Made by a program: the position numbers and the translations under genes. From Trueperaceae bacterium (GTDB taxonomy: Bacteria; Deinococcota; Deinococci; Deinococcales; Trueperaceae): a DNA stretch of 64,000 nt. The stretch covers positions 3,232,001-3,296,000 of the forward strand of contig CBDCDZ010000004.1 of NCBI GenBank assembly GCA_965215565.1, written 5' to 3'. The notes beneath the pieces are model-generated. The model was not told the origin of the DNA, did no database searches, and worked only from the letters and a program-made list of their open reading frames with translations. Shown here piece by piece: positions 1 to 10,337 of the stretch (positions within the stretch are counted from its first letter, which is position 1; each line of letters starts with the position of its first letter).

Positions 1-582
1 CCCGCGCTCTTTCCGAAACTGCGCAACGCTTTAACGGGTCACTTGGGCAACATCGTCAAACCGCACGGCGTCGAGTATATGCACTACGAAAACGAACTCG
101 CGCTCATCATCGGTAGACCGGCGCGGCGCGTTAGAGCTGAGAACGCTCTGAATTACGTTAAAGGCTATACGGTTGCGAATGATTTAGTCGTCCGCGACTT
201 CGTCATCAACCACTTCCGCCCGCCGATTAAGCCCAAAAACTTTGACACCTTTTTACCGCTCGGTCCCTGGTGGGTAGACGCCGCCGACATCCCCGACCCG
301 CATAACTTGAAGCTCACCACGCACGTCAACGGCGCGTTGCGGCAAGAGGGCACGACCCGCGACATGCTCTACAACATCCCTGAAATCATCGAATACGTCT
401 CCGAATTCATGACCTTGCAAGAGAACGACATTATCCTTACAGGAACGCCGAAAGGGATTTCGCACGTGCATCCAGGAGATGAGATTCGCTGTGAGATTGA
501 AAGCGTAGGGGTCTTAGAGAATAAGGTGGTAGAGGAGAGGCTCGAGTCCGCTACTCCTCAGAAAAAAGAGGTGAACGCATGA
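1..582 (+). CDS. Fumarylacetoacetate hydrolase family protein (HpaG/HpcE-like isomerase/decarboxylase), 5' end outside window
   Basis: Frame open from base 1 (PALFPKLRNALTGH...); FAH motifs HYENELA, GYTVAND, KNFDTFLPLGP, ILTGTP; directly upstream of hpaE. Confidence 0.85.
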   Translation, partial: PALFPKLRNALTGHLGNIVKPHGVEYMHYENELALIIGRPARRVRAENALNYVKGYTVANDLVVRDFVINHFRPPIKPKNFDTFLPLGPWWVDAADIPDPHNLKLTTHVNGALRQEGTTRDMLYNIPEIIEYVSEFMTLQENDIILTGTPKGISHVHPGDEIRCEIESVGVLENKVVEERLESATPQKKEVNA

Positions 583-2105
583 GCGGCGCAGTTCCAGTCT
601 TTAGCGAAAGTGCTGTCCATCAAGAGAAGGTCAAGCCGTTTCGTGAAAAGGTAGCTGAAAGAGGTATCAAGCACCTCATTAACGGCGAATGGGTTGCGTC
701 CGCGTCGGGCGAGACCTTCGAAACGCTAAGCCCGGTTGACAACAGCGTCATCGCTGAGGTTGCGTCAGGAAATGAAGAGGATATTGACAAAGCTGCGAAA
801 GCTGCTACCGAAGCCTTCAAAACGTGGCGCAACGTCTCCCCAAAAGAGCGCAAACGCCTGCTGCACCATGTGGCTGATTTGATTGAGGAAAGAGCCGAAG
901 AAATCGCGCTCTTAGAAGTTCTCGACACGGGGCAGACGATTCGCTTCATGAGCAAAGCGGCGACTCGCGCCGCGCAGAACTTCCGCTTCTTCGCGGACAG
1001 GTGCGAGAGCGCGAGAGATGGCTCGAGCCTCCCTACAGACGAGCACCTCAACTACACCATCCGCCAACCTATCGGTCCGGTGGGCATCATCACCCCTTGG
1101 AACACACCTTTTATGCTCTCGACTTGGAAGATGGCTCCGGCACTCGCCGCAGGTTGCACTGTCGTCCATAAACCCGCTGAGTGGAGCCCGGTTACAGCGT
1201 CCTTGTTATCCGAGATTGTGCTCGAGGCGGGCATCCCCGCAGGCGTCGTCAACCTCGTCAACGGTTACGGCGAAACCGCAGGCAAGGCGCTCACCGAGCA
1301 CCCCGACATCAAAGCGGTGGCGTTCGTGGGCGAGTCGGTCACGGGGTCTCACATCATGGCGCAGGGCGCGGCGACCTTGAAGCGGGTGCATTTTGAGTTG
1401 GGTGGGAAGAATCCTGTTGTGGTCTTTGACGATGCGGACTTAGAACGCGCTCTTGACGCGGCGATGTTCATGATTTACAGCCTGAATGGGGAGCGGTGTA
1501 CCTCTTCTAGCCGCCTCTTGGTCCAAGAATCCGTGTACCACGACTTCACCGCCAAACTCGCCCAACGCGCCAAGAATATCACCGTCGGCGACCCCTTCGA
1601 CCCTGCTACGGACATCGGTCCTTTAATTCATCCTAAGCATTTAGAAAAGGTTATGAGTTATATGGCTTTGGCAAGGGACGAAGGCGCAACCGTCGCCGCT
1701 GGCGGTGAGAACGTTTCAGGGAATTTGATTAACGCCACCCTTTTTACGGGTGCAAAGAACGACATGCGCATCGCCCAAGAGGAGATTTTCGGTCCCGTCC
1801 TCACGGCGATACCTTTCAAAGATGAAGCCGAAGCCTTAGAGCTTGCCAACGGTGTCCGCTACGGGCTCGCGGCTTACCTCTGGACGAAGGACGTGACCCG
1901 CGCCCACCGCTTCGCGCAAAACTTAGACGCGGGCATGGTCTGGGTCAACTCGCAGAACGTCCGCCATTTGCCCACGCCTTTTGGCGGGATGAAGGCGTCG
2001 GGTGTCGGGCGTGACGGGGGCGATTACTCGTTTGACTTTTATATGGAGACGAAGAACATCGCGGTGGCGTTGGGGGAGCATAGAATTCCGAAGTTAGGCG
2101 TGTGA
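579..2105 (+). CDS. hpaE: 5-carboxymethyl-2-hydroxymuconate semialdehyde dehydrogenase
   Basis: ALDH motifs ITPWNTP, FELGGKNP, NGERCT, EEIFGP; C-terminal HRIPKLG typical of HpaE; hpa context. Confidence 0.9.
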   Translation: MSGAVPVFSESAVHQEKVKPFREKVAERGIKHLINGEWVASASGETFETLSPVDNSVIAEVASGNEEDIDKAAKAATEAFKTWRNVSPKERKRLLHHVADLIEERAEEIALLEVLDTGQTIRFMSKAATRAAQNFRFFADRCESARDGSSLPTDEHLNYTIRQPIGPVGIITPWNTPFMLSTWKMAPALAAGCTVVHKPAEWSPVTASLLSEIVLEAGIPAGVVNLVNGYGETAGKALTEHPDIKAVAFVGESVTGSHIMAQGAATLKRVHFELGGKNPVVVFDDADLERALDAAMFMIYSLNGERCTSSSRLLVQESVYHDFTAKLAQRAKNITVGDPFDPATDIGPLIHPKHLEKVMSYMALARDEGATVAAGGENVSGNLINATLFTGAKNDMRIAQEEIFGPVLTAIPFKDEAEALELANGVRYGLAAYLWTKDVTRAHRFAQNLDAGMVWVNSQNVRHLPTPFGGMKASGVGRDGGDYSFDFYMETKNIAVALGEHRIPKLGV

Positions 2106-2116
2106 GGAGGTGGATG

Positions 2117-2380
2117 ATGGGAAGAGTGATTGAGCTAGAACTCGAGACTGACGAAAACGGTGAACTTCATCTGACGAAAGAGCAGCTTGGTGAGGTTGCG
2201 CCAAACGTGCGCTTTAAGGTTAGCGCGGAGCCGCTAGAGGAGACGCCGCGTTTTGGTCCTGAGTGGGCGAACTTAACGCCCGAGGAGCGTGTAAAAGATT
2301 TGCGTGAACTCGTCAAAACGTTTGGAGAAGGTCCCGGACTCTCTGATTGGGCGGTGAGCCGTGACTCCATTTACGACTGA
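2117..2380 (+). CDS. Putative antitoxin (AbrB-like N-terminus, C-terminal SRDSIYD)
   Basis: RBS GAGGAGG at 2104-2110; small acidic protein whose stop overlaps the PIN gene start (TGATG). Confidence 0.7.
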   Translation: MGRVIELELETDENGELHLTKEQLGEVAPNVRFKVSAEPLEETPRFGPEWANLTPEERVKDLRELVKTFGEGPGLSDWAVSRDSIYD

Positions 2381-2832
2381 TGCCGCGCTACCTGATGGAT
2401 ACGAACATCTTGCTCCGCTACGCGGACACGGGTGCTGAGCAACATCCGCTCATTATGGAGGCACTAGAAACGCTCGCGCTACGTCAGGATGAGGTTGTGA
2501 TGGTTCCACAAACCATCTATGAGTTTTGGAGTGTGGTGACGCGCCCAGCGGATAAAAACGGTTTGGGTTGGGCGACGGCGAAAGTAAGCACAGTGGTAGA
2601 CCGAGTGAGTAAGAGGTTTCCGCTCCTTCCAGATATGCAGGGCGTATTTGTGAACTGGCTCGAGCTTGTCACCCGACACGATGTGAAAGGCAAACAAGTC
2701 CACGACGCCCGTTTAGTCGCCGCGATGCAAACGCACGATGTAAAGAATCTTTTAACGCTGAATATCAAAGATTTCGAGAGATATTCGGAGCTTGAAGCGG
2801 TTCATCCAAGCTCTATAGAGGAGCAACGCTAA
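2380..2832 (+). CDS. PIN-domain (VapC-type) ribonuclease toxin
   Basis: MDTNILL, QTIYEFW, VHDARLVA, LTLNIKDF acidic PIN motifs. Confidence 0.9.
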   Translation: MPRYLMDTNILLRYADTGAEQHPLIMEALETLALRQDEVVMVPQTIYEFWSVVTRPADKNGLGWATAKVSTVVDRVSKRFPLLPDMQGVFVNWLELVTRHDVKGKQVHDARLVAAMQTHDVKNLLTLNIKDFERYSELEAVHPSSIEEQR

Positions 2833-2834
2833 GT

Positions 2835-3209
2835 ATGGCGCGACTTCAGCACATCGCCCTTCAAACGAACGATTTGGAGCAAACACGAGCGTTCTACAAA
2901 GTGCTGGGTTTAGAGGAAGCTAATTACGACGCTAACATCGGGCGGTTATGGCTGAATTTGGAAGACGGGTTCACCCTCATCTTTGACCGCTCAGAGGAAA
3001 CGCTTTCTGCTTCGACGGTTAAGTATCTGGGTCTCGAGTTACCCGACTTCAAAGCGGTTGACCGGATGTACGAAAAGTTAGCACCGCAAGCTGAGATGGG
3101 ACGCGATATGAGAGAGCTTTACAGCCATAAGCAAGGACCCTACGGCTTTTTCATCCAAGACCCGAACGGTTACACCATCAAAGTTTTCAAATACAACTAC
3201 ATCAAGTAA
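2835..3209 (+). CDS. VOC/glyoxalase family protein
   Basis: LQHIAL..DLE..RAFY and FFIQDPNGY motifs. Confidence 0.8.
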   Translation: MARLQHIALQTNDLEQTRAFYKVLGLEEANYDANIGRLWLNLEDGFTLIFDRSEETLSASTVKYLGLELPDFKAVDRMYEKLAPQAEMGRDMRELYSHKQGPYGFFIQDPNGYTIKVFKYNYIK

Positions 3210-3304
3210 GAGGTTTAACTTTCCACTCAGCACTCGTCACTTTCAACTTCCTAAGCTAATACCTAACCGCTAAAAGCTAATCGCCTCTCCTGAAAGGAGC
3301 CAAA

Positions 3305-4792
3305 ATGCCCGCACGCACCGGCCAACAATTCCTAGAAGGTCTCAAACGAAACCCGCCGAATATCTATATAGACGGCGAGAAAATCGAAGACCCCACCATC
3401 CACATCTACACCAAAAACGCCGCCGCCAGCATCGCCAAGCTCTATGATTTGCAGCACGAGCCTGAGTTACGCGACACGATGACCTACGAAAGCCCAACGA
3501 CGGGCGATAGAGTAGGACTGAGCTTTTTAGAGCCTAAGTCGAGGGAGGACTTAGAGCGACGCGCACAGATGCACAAAGTCTGGGCGGACGCCTCTTTGGG
3601 CTTTATCGGACGCGCCCCCGACTACATGAACGTGAACCTGATGGCGGCGGCGAAGGCGGCGCAGTACTTCGACCAGGGCGACCCGCGCTTTGGCGAGAAT
3701 ATGAAGTCGTACTACGAGTACGTCCGTGAAAACGACCTTTGTCTGACCCATGCCTTGACGAATCCGCAGGTGAACCGGGAGGCAAGGGCAGACCAACTCG
3801 ACGATCCGTACATCGCGTTAGGACTCGTAAAAGAGACGGATGAGGGCATCGTCGTGCGCGGGGCGCGGATGATGGCAACGTTGCCCATCGCTGACGAAAT
3901 CCTCATCTTCCCCTCGACGGTTCTCAAAGAGCAAGAGGAGTTGACGCGCTACGCTTTAGCCTTCGCTATGCCGACGAACACGCCGGGCTTATCGTTCCAG
4001 TGCCGCGAACCGCTCGACATCGGGCGGAGCCACGAGGACCATCCTTTGGGCTCCCGCTTCGACGAACTCGACGCGATGGTTATCTTTGACGACGTGCTCG
4101 TCCCCTGGGATAGAGTCTTTATTATCAACGACGTGAAGCTCGCTAACCGCGCCTACGGCACGACGGGCGCGGTCTACCACATGGCGCATCAAGTCGTGAA
4201 CGTCAAAATCGCTAAAACCGAGGCGTTTTTGGGCGTGGCGCAGTCCATCGTGGAGATGATCGGTTCGGCGCGGTTTCAGCACGTGCAGCAGAAGGTGGCG
4301 GAAATCATCATTAACTTAGAGGTGATGAAAGCGCTCAAAGTCGCCAGTGAGCAGGGCGCGATGCTGGACGAATACGGCACCATGACGCCCGCCAAAGGCC
4401 CTTTGAACGCCGCTCGCAACCTCTACCCACAGCTCTATCCGCGCATGGCAGAGGTCATCCAACTCTTGAGCGCCTCGGGCATCATCATGATTCCTACCGA
4501 GAAGGATCGCAAGGGACCGATGGGCGACAATATTTCTAAGTTCTTGCAGGCGAGAGGTGCCAACAGTGACGAGCGCATCAAACTCTACCGCTTAGCGTGG
4601 GACATGACCATTTCATCCTTCGGCGCTCGCCAAAACTTGTATGAGAAGTTCTTCTTCGGCGACCCGGTGCGGACGCAGTGTGCACTGTACGAGAACTACG
4701 ACAAGGAGCCTTATGTGGAGAGGATTAAGGCGTTTTTGGAGCGGAGTGATGAGACAGTTAATGAAGCTGTATCGGCGGTTTCAGCGGATTAG
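3305..4792 (+). CDS. hpaB: 4-hydroxyphenylacetate 3-monooxygenase, oxygenase component
   Basis: [52 protein letters not shown]. Confidence 0.92.
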   Translation: MPARTGQQFLEGLKRNPPNIYIDGEKIEDPTIHIYTKNAAASIAKLYDLQHEPELRDTMTYESPTTGDRVGLSFLEPKSREDLERRAQMHKVWADASLGFIGRAPDYMNVNLMAAAKAAQYFDQGDPRFGENMKSYYEYVRENDLCLTHALTNPQVNREARADQLDDPYIALGLVKETDEGIVVRGARMMATLPIADEILIFPSTVLKEQEELTRYALAFAMPTNTPGLSFQCREPLDIGRSHEDHPLGSRFDELDAMVIFDDVLVPWDRVFIINDVKLANRAYGTTGAVYHMAHQVVNVKIAKTEAFLGVAQSIVEMIGSARFQHVQQKVAEIIINLEVMKALKVASEQGAMLDEYGTMTPAKGPLNAARNLYPQLYPRMAEVIQLLSASGIIMIPTEKDRKGPMGDNISKFLQARGANSDERIKLYRLAWDMTISSFGARQNLYEKFFFGDPVRTQCALYENYDKEPYVERIKAFLERSDETVNEAVSAVSAD

Positions 4793-4799
4793 AGCGATC

Positions 4800-5786
4800 A
4801 TGCCTATCAAACAAGCCAACACCAACCCACCTTTCAACATCATCCGCCTCAGCCACTTGGAACTCGGCGTGACGGATTTGGAACGCTCCAAGGCTTTTTA
4901 CGTGGACGCTCTAGGATTAGTCGAAACCGAACGCTCAGGAGACTCTCTTTACTTGCGGGGGCTCGAGGAGCGCAACCACCACTCCATCATCCTGAGCCAG
5001 ACCGACACGCCCATATGCCGCCGCCTCGCTTACAAAGTCGGTAGTGAGGAGGATTTGGATAGAGCCAAAGCGTTCTTTCGGGAGAGAGATTTAGAGCCGC
5101 AGTGGGTAGAGCGCCACGCGCAGGGGCGTACTTTAGAGGTCCGTGATCCGTTCGGGGTTCCTTTGGAGTTTTACTACCAGATGGACCAAGTTGAACGCCG
5201 ACTCCAGCATTACGGTGAATACCAGGGCGCACAAATTATGAGGATTGACCACTTCAACCTCTTCGCCTCGGATTTGCAAGGTACACACGACTTCTACGCG
5301 GGCGAGCTGGGTTTTCGCACGACGGAATACACCGAAACTGAAGGCGATAACCCTAAGCTGTGGGCGGTCTGGATGCACCGTAAAGGCAATGTCCATGATT
5401 TAGCTTTGACAAATGGGCGTGGACCCCGCTTGCATCACCTCGGCGTGTGGGTTCCGACTGCCATGAATATCATCCACTGCTGCGACGTGCTAGCGACAAC
5501 GGGGTATGTGGACGCCTTAGAGCGCGGTCCCGGACGACACGGCATCTCGAACGCCTTCTTTCTCTACATCCGCGACCCCGACGGACACCGCACCGAACTC
5601 TTCACCAGCGACTACCTCACCGTAGACCCCGACTTCGAGCCGATTCGCTGGACTTTGAACGACCCGCAGCGCCAGACCTTGTGGGGTGCGCCTGCGCCGA
5701 AAACGTGGTTTGAGGAGGGGACGCCGTTTGAAGAGGTAGAGGTGAAAGAGCCTCTTATGGCGGCGCGTCCGGTGGTGGCGGTCTAA
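4800..5786 (+). CDS. hpaD: 3,4-dihydroxyphenylacetate (homoprotocatechuate) 2,3-dioxygenase, VOC type
   Basis: RIDHFN, HDLALTNGRGPRLHH, ERGPGRHGISNAFFLYIRDPDGHRTE; start placed at ATG 4800 after the hpaB stop. Confidence 0.92.
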   Translation: MPIKQANTNPPFNIIRLSHLELGVTDLERSKAFYVDALGLVETERSGDSLYLRGLEERNHHSIILSQTDTPICRRLAYKVGSEEDLDRAKAFFRERDLEPQWVERHAQGRTLEVRDPFGVPLEFYYQMDQVERRLQHYGEYQGAQIMRIDHFNLFASDLQGTHDFYAGELGFRTTEYTETEGDNPKLWAVWMHRKGNVHDLALTNGRGPRLHHLGVWVPTAMNIIHCCDVLATTGYVDALERGPGRHGISNAFFLYIRDPDGHRTELFTSDYLTVDPDFEPIRWTLNDPQRQTLWGAPAPKTWFEEGTPFEEVEVKEPLMAARPVVAV

Positions 5787-5797
5787 CGAGCGGTTTG

Positions 5798-5832
5798 AGG
5801 GGAGTGGAGGCTCGAGCCTCTTTTCCTTTCTC
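5798..5832 (+). terminator. Probable intrinsic terminator after hpaD
   Basis: GAGGCTCGAGCCTC palindrome followed by a T-rich tail. Confidence 0.5.
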
Positions 5833-5926
5833 GCTGAAACGAATTGTCGCAGGTATCATCCTTAACGTGCATGTCGAGCAGCACTACATTTGCTGAGCGC
5901 GTTTGTGACTAGATAATACCATTTCC

Positions 5927-6037
5927 GGTTGATTCTTTTAGAAATCAACCCGAGCGTAGCGAGATGAAAAAATACGGATTCCGGTTAGGAACGGAAGAAA
6001 CTCGCTAGAGTTTATGCAGTGTTTAACCGGAATCCGT
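5927..6037. promoter_or_regulatory. Inverted repeats, candidate operators of the ABC importer
   Basis: GGTTGATT..AATCAACC (5927-5950); perfect 14-bp IR ACGGATTCCGGTTA (5974-5987) / TAACCGGAATCCGT (6024-6037). Confidence 0.5.
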
Positions 6038-6164
6038 GTGATACCTGCTTCCTCTTGCGAACGAACGTTAGGTTGGGTATGCTTACAGGGTATAGAAAAA
6101 TGTGGAAGGCTGCGCTCCAAACGCTTTATGTCGTAATTCCAGCGTAGTCAAAGGAGGAAGAGGT

Positions 6165-7346
6165 ATGAACGCCCTTAGAGTTTCTCTCACGCTCATTCTC
6201 ACGATCTGTTTGATGTCGGGCGCAGCCTTCGCCCAAACCATCCGCATCGGCGCAGTCGCCTCGGCGACGGGTCCCGCCTCAGCACTCGGCGAGCCCGAAG
6301 CGAACACCTTTCGGCTTCTGCAGCAGCAATTCGATGAGGCGGGGGGCATCGCCGGAATTCCGGTTGAGATTATCTTTTTAGACGACGCAACCGAGACCTC
6401 TCAAGCTGTGACCAACGTGCGCCGCCTCATTAGTGAGGAAGAGGTGCACGCGGTGATTTGTTGCACCATCACGGCGAACTCTTTAGCCATCATCGATACG
6501 GTGCAAGAGGCCGAGGTTCCAACCGTCTCGATGGCGGCGTCCGCGTCGATTATCGAGCCTGTAGACGAGCGCTATTGGGTTTTTAAGACGCCACAGACTG
6601 ACCGTTTGATGATTGAGGGCATCGCCCAAGATATTCAGGCACAGGGGTTTGAGAGCGTTGCCTTTATGGGTTTGGATGACGCTTATGGCGAGGGCGGCTT
6701 GACGGAGTTTCAGGCACTTGCGAGTGAGGCGGGTATCGAGATTCCTACCGTCGAGCGGCACGGACGCAACGATACGAACGTGACGCCGCAAGCGTTGCGT
6801 GTCGTCTCGCGTCAGCCTGATGCGGTGCTCGTATGGGGTGTCGTGCGTGATTCTGCTCTAGTCGTGAATGCGCTCCGTGATAGAGGGTATGAAGGACAGA
6901 TTTATGTGAGTCACGGGACGGGCAACCCAGAGTTCTTGCAGCTCGGCGGTGACGCGATTGAGGGAACCCTTCTTCCCATCGGTCCGATGATTGTAGCGGA
7001 GCAGCTCCCCGATGACAGTGAGATTAAGCCGGTGGCGCTCGAGTACATCGCCGCTTACGAAGCCGAATACGGCGACGGCACGGCGAGCACCTTTGGCGGT
7101 CACGCCCAAGACGCCGTGAAGCTCTTAGAACTCGCCATCACCCAAGTTGTCGAAGAGGGCGCAGACTTGAGCGACTTAGACGCCGCCCGCACCGCGATTC
7201 GCGACGCTTTAGAAGCGGCTGAACCTTATACCGGAATAGGCGGCGTGTTCGACTACACCGCTGAAGACCACTTAGGTCTCGATGAGCGCGCCTTAGTTCT
7301 TGTCGAGATTCGAGATAATACTTGGACGCTCGCCGAACAAGAGTGA
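6165..7346 (+). CDS. ABC transporter substrate-binding protein (Liv/HAAT family; likely aromatic acid)
   Basis: RBS AGGAGG, signal peptide ending AFA, TGPASALG motif; adjacent to hpa genes. Confidence 0.85.
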   Translation: MNALRVSLTLILTICLMSGAAFAQTIRIGAVASATGPASALGEPEANTFRLLQQQFDEAGGIAGIPVEIIFLDDATETSQAVTNVRRLISEEEVHAVICCTITANSLAIIDTVQEAEVPTVSMAASASIIEPVDERYWVFKTPQTDRLMIEGIAQDIQAQGFESVAFMGLDDAYGEGGLTEFQALASEAGIEIPTVERHGRNDTNVTPQALRVVSRQPDAVLVWGVVRDSALVVNALRDRGYEGQIYVSHGTGNPEFLQLGGDAIEGTLLPIGPMIVAEQLPDDSEIKPVALEYIAAYEAEYGDGTASTFGGHAQDAVKLLELAITQVVEEGADLSDLDAARTAIRDALEAAEPYTGIGGVFDYTAEDHLGLDERALVLVEIRDNTWTLAEQE

Positions 7347-7351
7347 GTCAT

Positions 7352-7380
7352 AGGGTAGCTACGGCTACCCTTTCTTTCTT
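7352..7380 (+). terminator. Hairpin after the binding-protein gene (partial terminator or mRNA stabiliser)
   Basis: AGGGTAGC-TACG-GCTACCCT followed by TTCTTTCTT. Confidence 0.6.
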
Positions 7381-7404
7381 GTTGGGAATCAGAAGAGGTC
7401 TACT

Positions 7405-8451
7405 TTGTTCGAACCCTCGATTATTTTAACGCTTCTCTTCGATGGACTTACCAACGGCGCAATTTACGCTTTCATGGCGCTGGGTATCGTCGTGCTCTAC
7501 TCCGTGACGAGCGTGATTAACGTTGCACAAGGAGAATTTGTGATGCTCTCAGCGCTGACCGTCGCAAGTTTCCAAGCGGCGCAGGTGCCGGGGACGCTCT
7601 ATCTCGTTGTGGCGGCGCTCGTAGCGTGGGCGCTCTTTGAGGCGGTTGGTGCACTTTTGGAGCGGCGCTATTTGCAGGCGCTGGTTCGCGCCGTTGTCCC
7701 CTTACTCGCTGCAGCGGGTATCTATTTCGTCATCACGCTGGCGGTTTCGGCAGGGCTCAACTACTGGCTACAAATCCTGCTTGCAGTGGCGCTCACGACA
7801 CTTCTCGGACCGCTTTGCTACCGGCTTATCGTGCAACCTCTTCCCAGAGCGTCTGTCCTCGTTTTCCTCATCCTCACGATTGGCTTACACCTCGCGCTGA
7901 CAGGTTTAGGACTGGCTTTTTGGGGACCCAACGCCTACGATATCCCCCCCTTTCAAGAGGGCGGCACGCTTTTAGGTCCTGTCTTCGTGAGCTATCAGAG
8001 CTTATGGGTGCTCGCGGTGGCTGCTTTAATGATGAGTGCTTTATACCTCTTTTTCAGCCGCAGCATCTACGGCAAAGCGCTTCGGGCGGCGGCGGTAAAC
8101 CGCTTGGGGGCGCGGCTCGTCGGGGTGAGCGCGGTGCAAGCTGGCAGCTTGAGCTTTACAATTTCCGTATTTCTCAGTGCAGTCGCGGGCGTACTGATTA
8201 CGCCGATCACGAAGATGGTCTATGACTTCGGGTTTCTTTTGGGGCTCAAAGGATTTGTTGGCGCGGTCATCGGTGGGCTAGTGAATCCGGCGGTGGCGGC
8301 GTTGGGGGCGCTTTTTATCGGCGTGGCGGAGCAGTTTAGCGCGTTTTATATCTCATCAGCGTACAAGGACGTGCTTGTCTTTCTGCTGATTATTCCCGTA
8401 TTACTCGTGCGCTCATTGCAACACCAAGACTTCGAGGAGCACGTGGACTGA
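7405..8451 (+). CDS. ABC permease, LivH-like
   Basis: DGLTNGAIYA, INVAQGEF, GKALRA, multiple TM segments. Confidence 0.88.
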   Translation: MFEPSIILTLLFDGLTNGAIYAFMALGIVVLYSVTSVINVAQGEFVMLSALTVASFQAAQVPGTLYLVVAALVAWALFEAVGALLERRYLQALVRAVVPLLAAAGIYFVITLAVSAGLNYWLQILLAVALTTLLGPLCYRLIVQPLPRASVLVFLILTIGLHLALTGLGLAFWGPNAYDIPPFQEGGTLLGPVFVSYQSLWVLAVAALMMSALYLFFSRSIYGKALRAAAVNRLGARLVGVSAVQAGSLSFTISVFLSAVAGVLITPITKMVYDFGFLLGLKGFVGAVIGGLVNPAVAALGALFIGVAEQFSAFYISSAYKDVLVFLLIIPVLLVRSLQHQDFEEHVD

Positions 8452-10337
8452 TGGCAAGGGAAGAGGTCAGGGCAGGGCGTGTGCCCGAAACGGAGAGGTT
8501 AGACCCTAAGCGCACAACCTCTGTGCAGCGTCTCGCCATTCCCTGGCGGCTCGGCTTGCTTGCGGCGTTCCTCATCTTTCTAGCGGTTGCGCCCTGGGTG
8601 CTCTCGCCCTTCTACGTCACGCTCCTGAATTTCATCGGCATGTACAGCATGGTGGTGATGGGGCTCGTTTTGCTCACAGGGTACGCAGGTCTAGCCTCTC
8701 TGGGACAGGCGGCGTTTATGGGCGTGGGGGCATACGCGGCGGCGATTCTCTCGAGTCGTTACGGCTTAAACCCCTGGCTCGGCATCCTGAGCGGCGTCGC
8801 CCTGTCTTCACTCGTCGCGTGGTTTATCGGGCTCATTACCTTGCGGCTCAAAGGTCACTTTTTGGCGCTCGCCACGCTCGCCTGGGGCATCGTCATCACC
8901 GGAATTTTGCGCAACTGGATAGAGGTCACAGGCGGCAACACGGGCTACGGCATCGGCGCGGCGCAGCGAATTCCCGCTTTAAGTATCTTCGGCTTCTCGC
9001 TGCGTGACGAGCGCTTTTACTACTATCTTGTCTGGGGTTGTGCGCTCCTCGTGCTTGTCTTGTCGCTGAATCTGATGCGTTCACGCACCGGACGCGCGAT
9101 TAAATCGCTTCGCACAGGTGCGGTGGCGGCGGCGTCTTTTGGCGTGGACGTGGCAAGTCTCAAGATGCTCTCGTTCGTGCTCGCGGCGGCGTTTGCAGCG
9201 CTCGCGGGCGGGCTCTTTGCGCACCTCTTCCGCTTCGTCAGCCCAAACCCGTTTGACCTCAATCAGTCGATTGACTTCTTGATTATGGCCGTCGTGGGCG
9301 GGCTCAGCAGTTTGTGGGGGGCGATTTTCGGGGCGGGGCTCTTCGTTGTGTTTGAAGAGGTGTTGCAAGAGACGCTGCCGCAACTCATCGGGCGGAGTGG
9401 AAACTACGAGATTATCGCGTTTGGCTTCGTGCTGATCTTGGTGCTGCACCGGGCGCGGCGCGGGCTGTTGCCTCTTCTGAACGGCTTTTTGCCGACGCCG
9501 CCACCCGAAAGCGTTCGTGAGGCGGAGCCGTTGCCGCCGCGTAGGAAAACCTCGAGCCAAAAGCGTCAGCAAGGGGTACGAGAGCCGCTTTTAGACCTCT
9601 CCAACGTCTCTAAAGTCTTCGGGGGTCTGAGGGCGGTAGACACCCTCTCGTTTAAGCTGGAACAAGGCGCAATCTTAGGGCTCATCGGTCCGAACGGCGC
9701 GGGGAAGACGACGGTGTTCAACCTCATTACGGGTGTCTTGCAACCAACTGAAGGCGAGATTCGCTTTGACGCTCAGAAGATAAGCCACTTGCCCCCCCAC
9801 AAAATCGCGCGGCGCGGGCTCGCTCGAACCTTCCAACATCTCAATTTAATCAGCAATATGAGTCTTTTGGAGAACGTCGCACTTGGAGGTTACACGCGCA
9901 CCTCTTCGAACTTCGTGCAGGGGATGTTGGGGTTGGAGCGCCGCGAGAACGCCCGGACGAGAGCCGAGGCGCTCAGGCAGTTAGAGCGCGTCGGCCTAGC
10001 AGAGAACGCCTTCGATACTGCCGACAGCCTACCTCTCGGCAAACAGCGACTCTTAGAAGTTGCCCGTGCGCTCATGGCCGACCCCGAACTTCTCCTCTTG
10101 GACGAACCCGCCGCCGGGCTGCGCAAACACGAAAAGACCGAGTTAATGACGCTCATTCGCAAGCTGCAAGGCGAGGGTATCACCGTGCTCATCGTCGAGC
10201 ACGACATGGATTTGGTGATGGCGTTAGCCGAGCGCATCGTCGTGATGAACTACGGAACGAAGCTCGCCGAAGGAACGCCCGCTGAAGTGAGAGGGAATCC
10301 GCAAGTGTTAGAGGCGTATTTGGGTGCGGACGAATGA
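8451..10337 (+). CDS. Fused LivM-like permease / LivG-like ATPase
   Basis: SLGQAAF permease N-half; GPNGAGKT, LLLDEP, VEHDM in the C-half. Confidence 0.88.
   Translation: MAREEVRAGRVPETERLDPKRTTSVQRLAIPWRLGLLAAFLIFLAVAPWVLSPFYVTLLNFIGMYSMVVMGLVLLTGYAGLASLGQAAFMGVGAYAAAILSSRYGLNPWLGILSGVALSSLVAWFIGLITLRLKGHFLALATLAWGIVITGILRNWIEVTGGNTGYGIGAAQRIPALSIFGFSLRDERFYYYLVWGCALLVLVLSLNLMRSRTGRAIKSLRTGAVAAASFGVDVASLKMLSFVLAAAFAALAGGLFAHLFRFVSPNPFDLNQSIDFLIMAVVGGLSSLWGAIFGAGLFVVFEEVLQETLPQLIGRSGNYEIIAFGFVLILVLHRARRGLLPLLNGFLPTPPPESVREAEPLPPRRKTSSQKRQQGVREPLLDLSNVSKVFGGLRAVDTLSFKLEQGAILGLIGPNGAGKTTVFNLITGVLQPTEGEIRFDAQKISHLPPHKIARRGLARTFQHLNLISNMSLLENVALGGYTRTSSNFVQGMLGLERRENARTRAEALRQLERVGLAENAFDTADSLPLGKQRLLEVARALMADPELLLLDEPAAGLRKHEKTELMTLIRKLQGEGITVLIVEHDMDLVMALAERIVVMNYGTKLAEGTPAEVRGNPQVLEAYLGADE

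Noticed and set aside
4641..4799. N-terminal extensions in the ORF track (e.g. hpaD from 4641, also 6102, 15151, 31042, 31532, 56185)
   Set aside because: They overlap neighbouring genes or repeats; downstream starts have better RBS or -10 support
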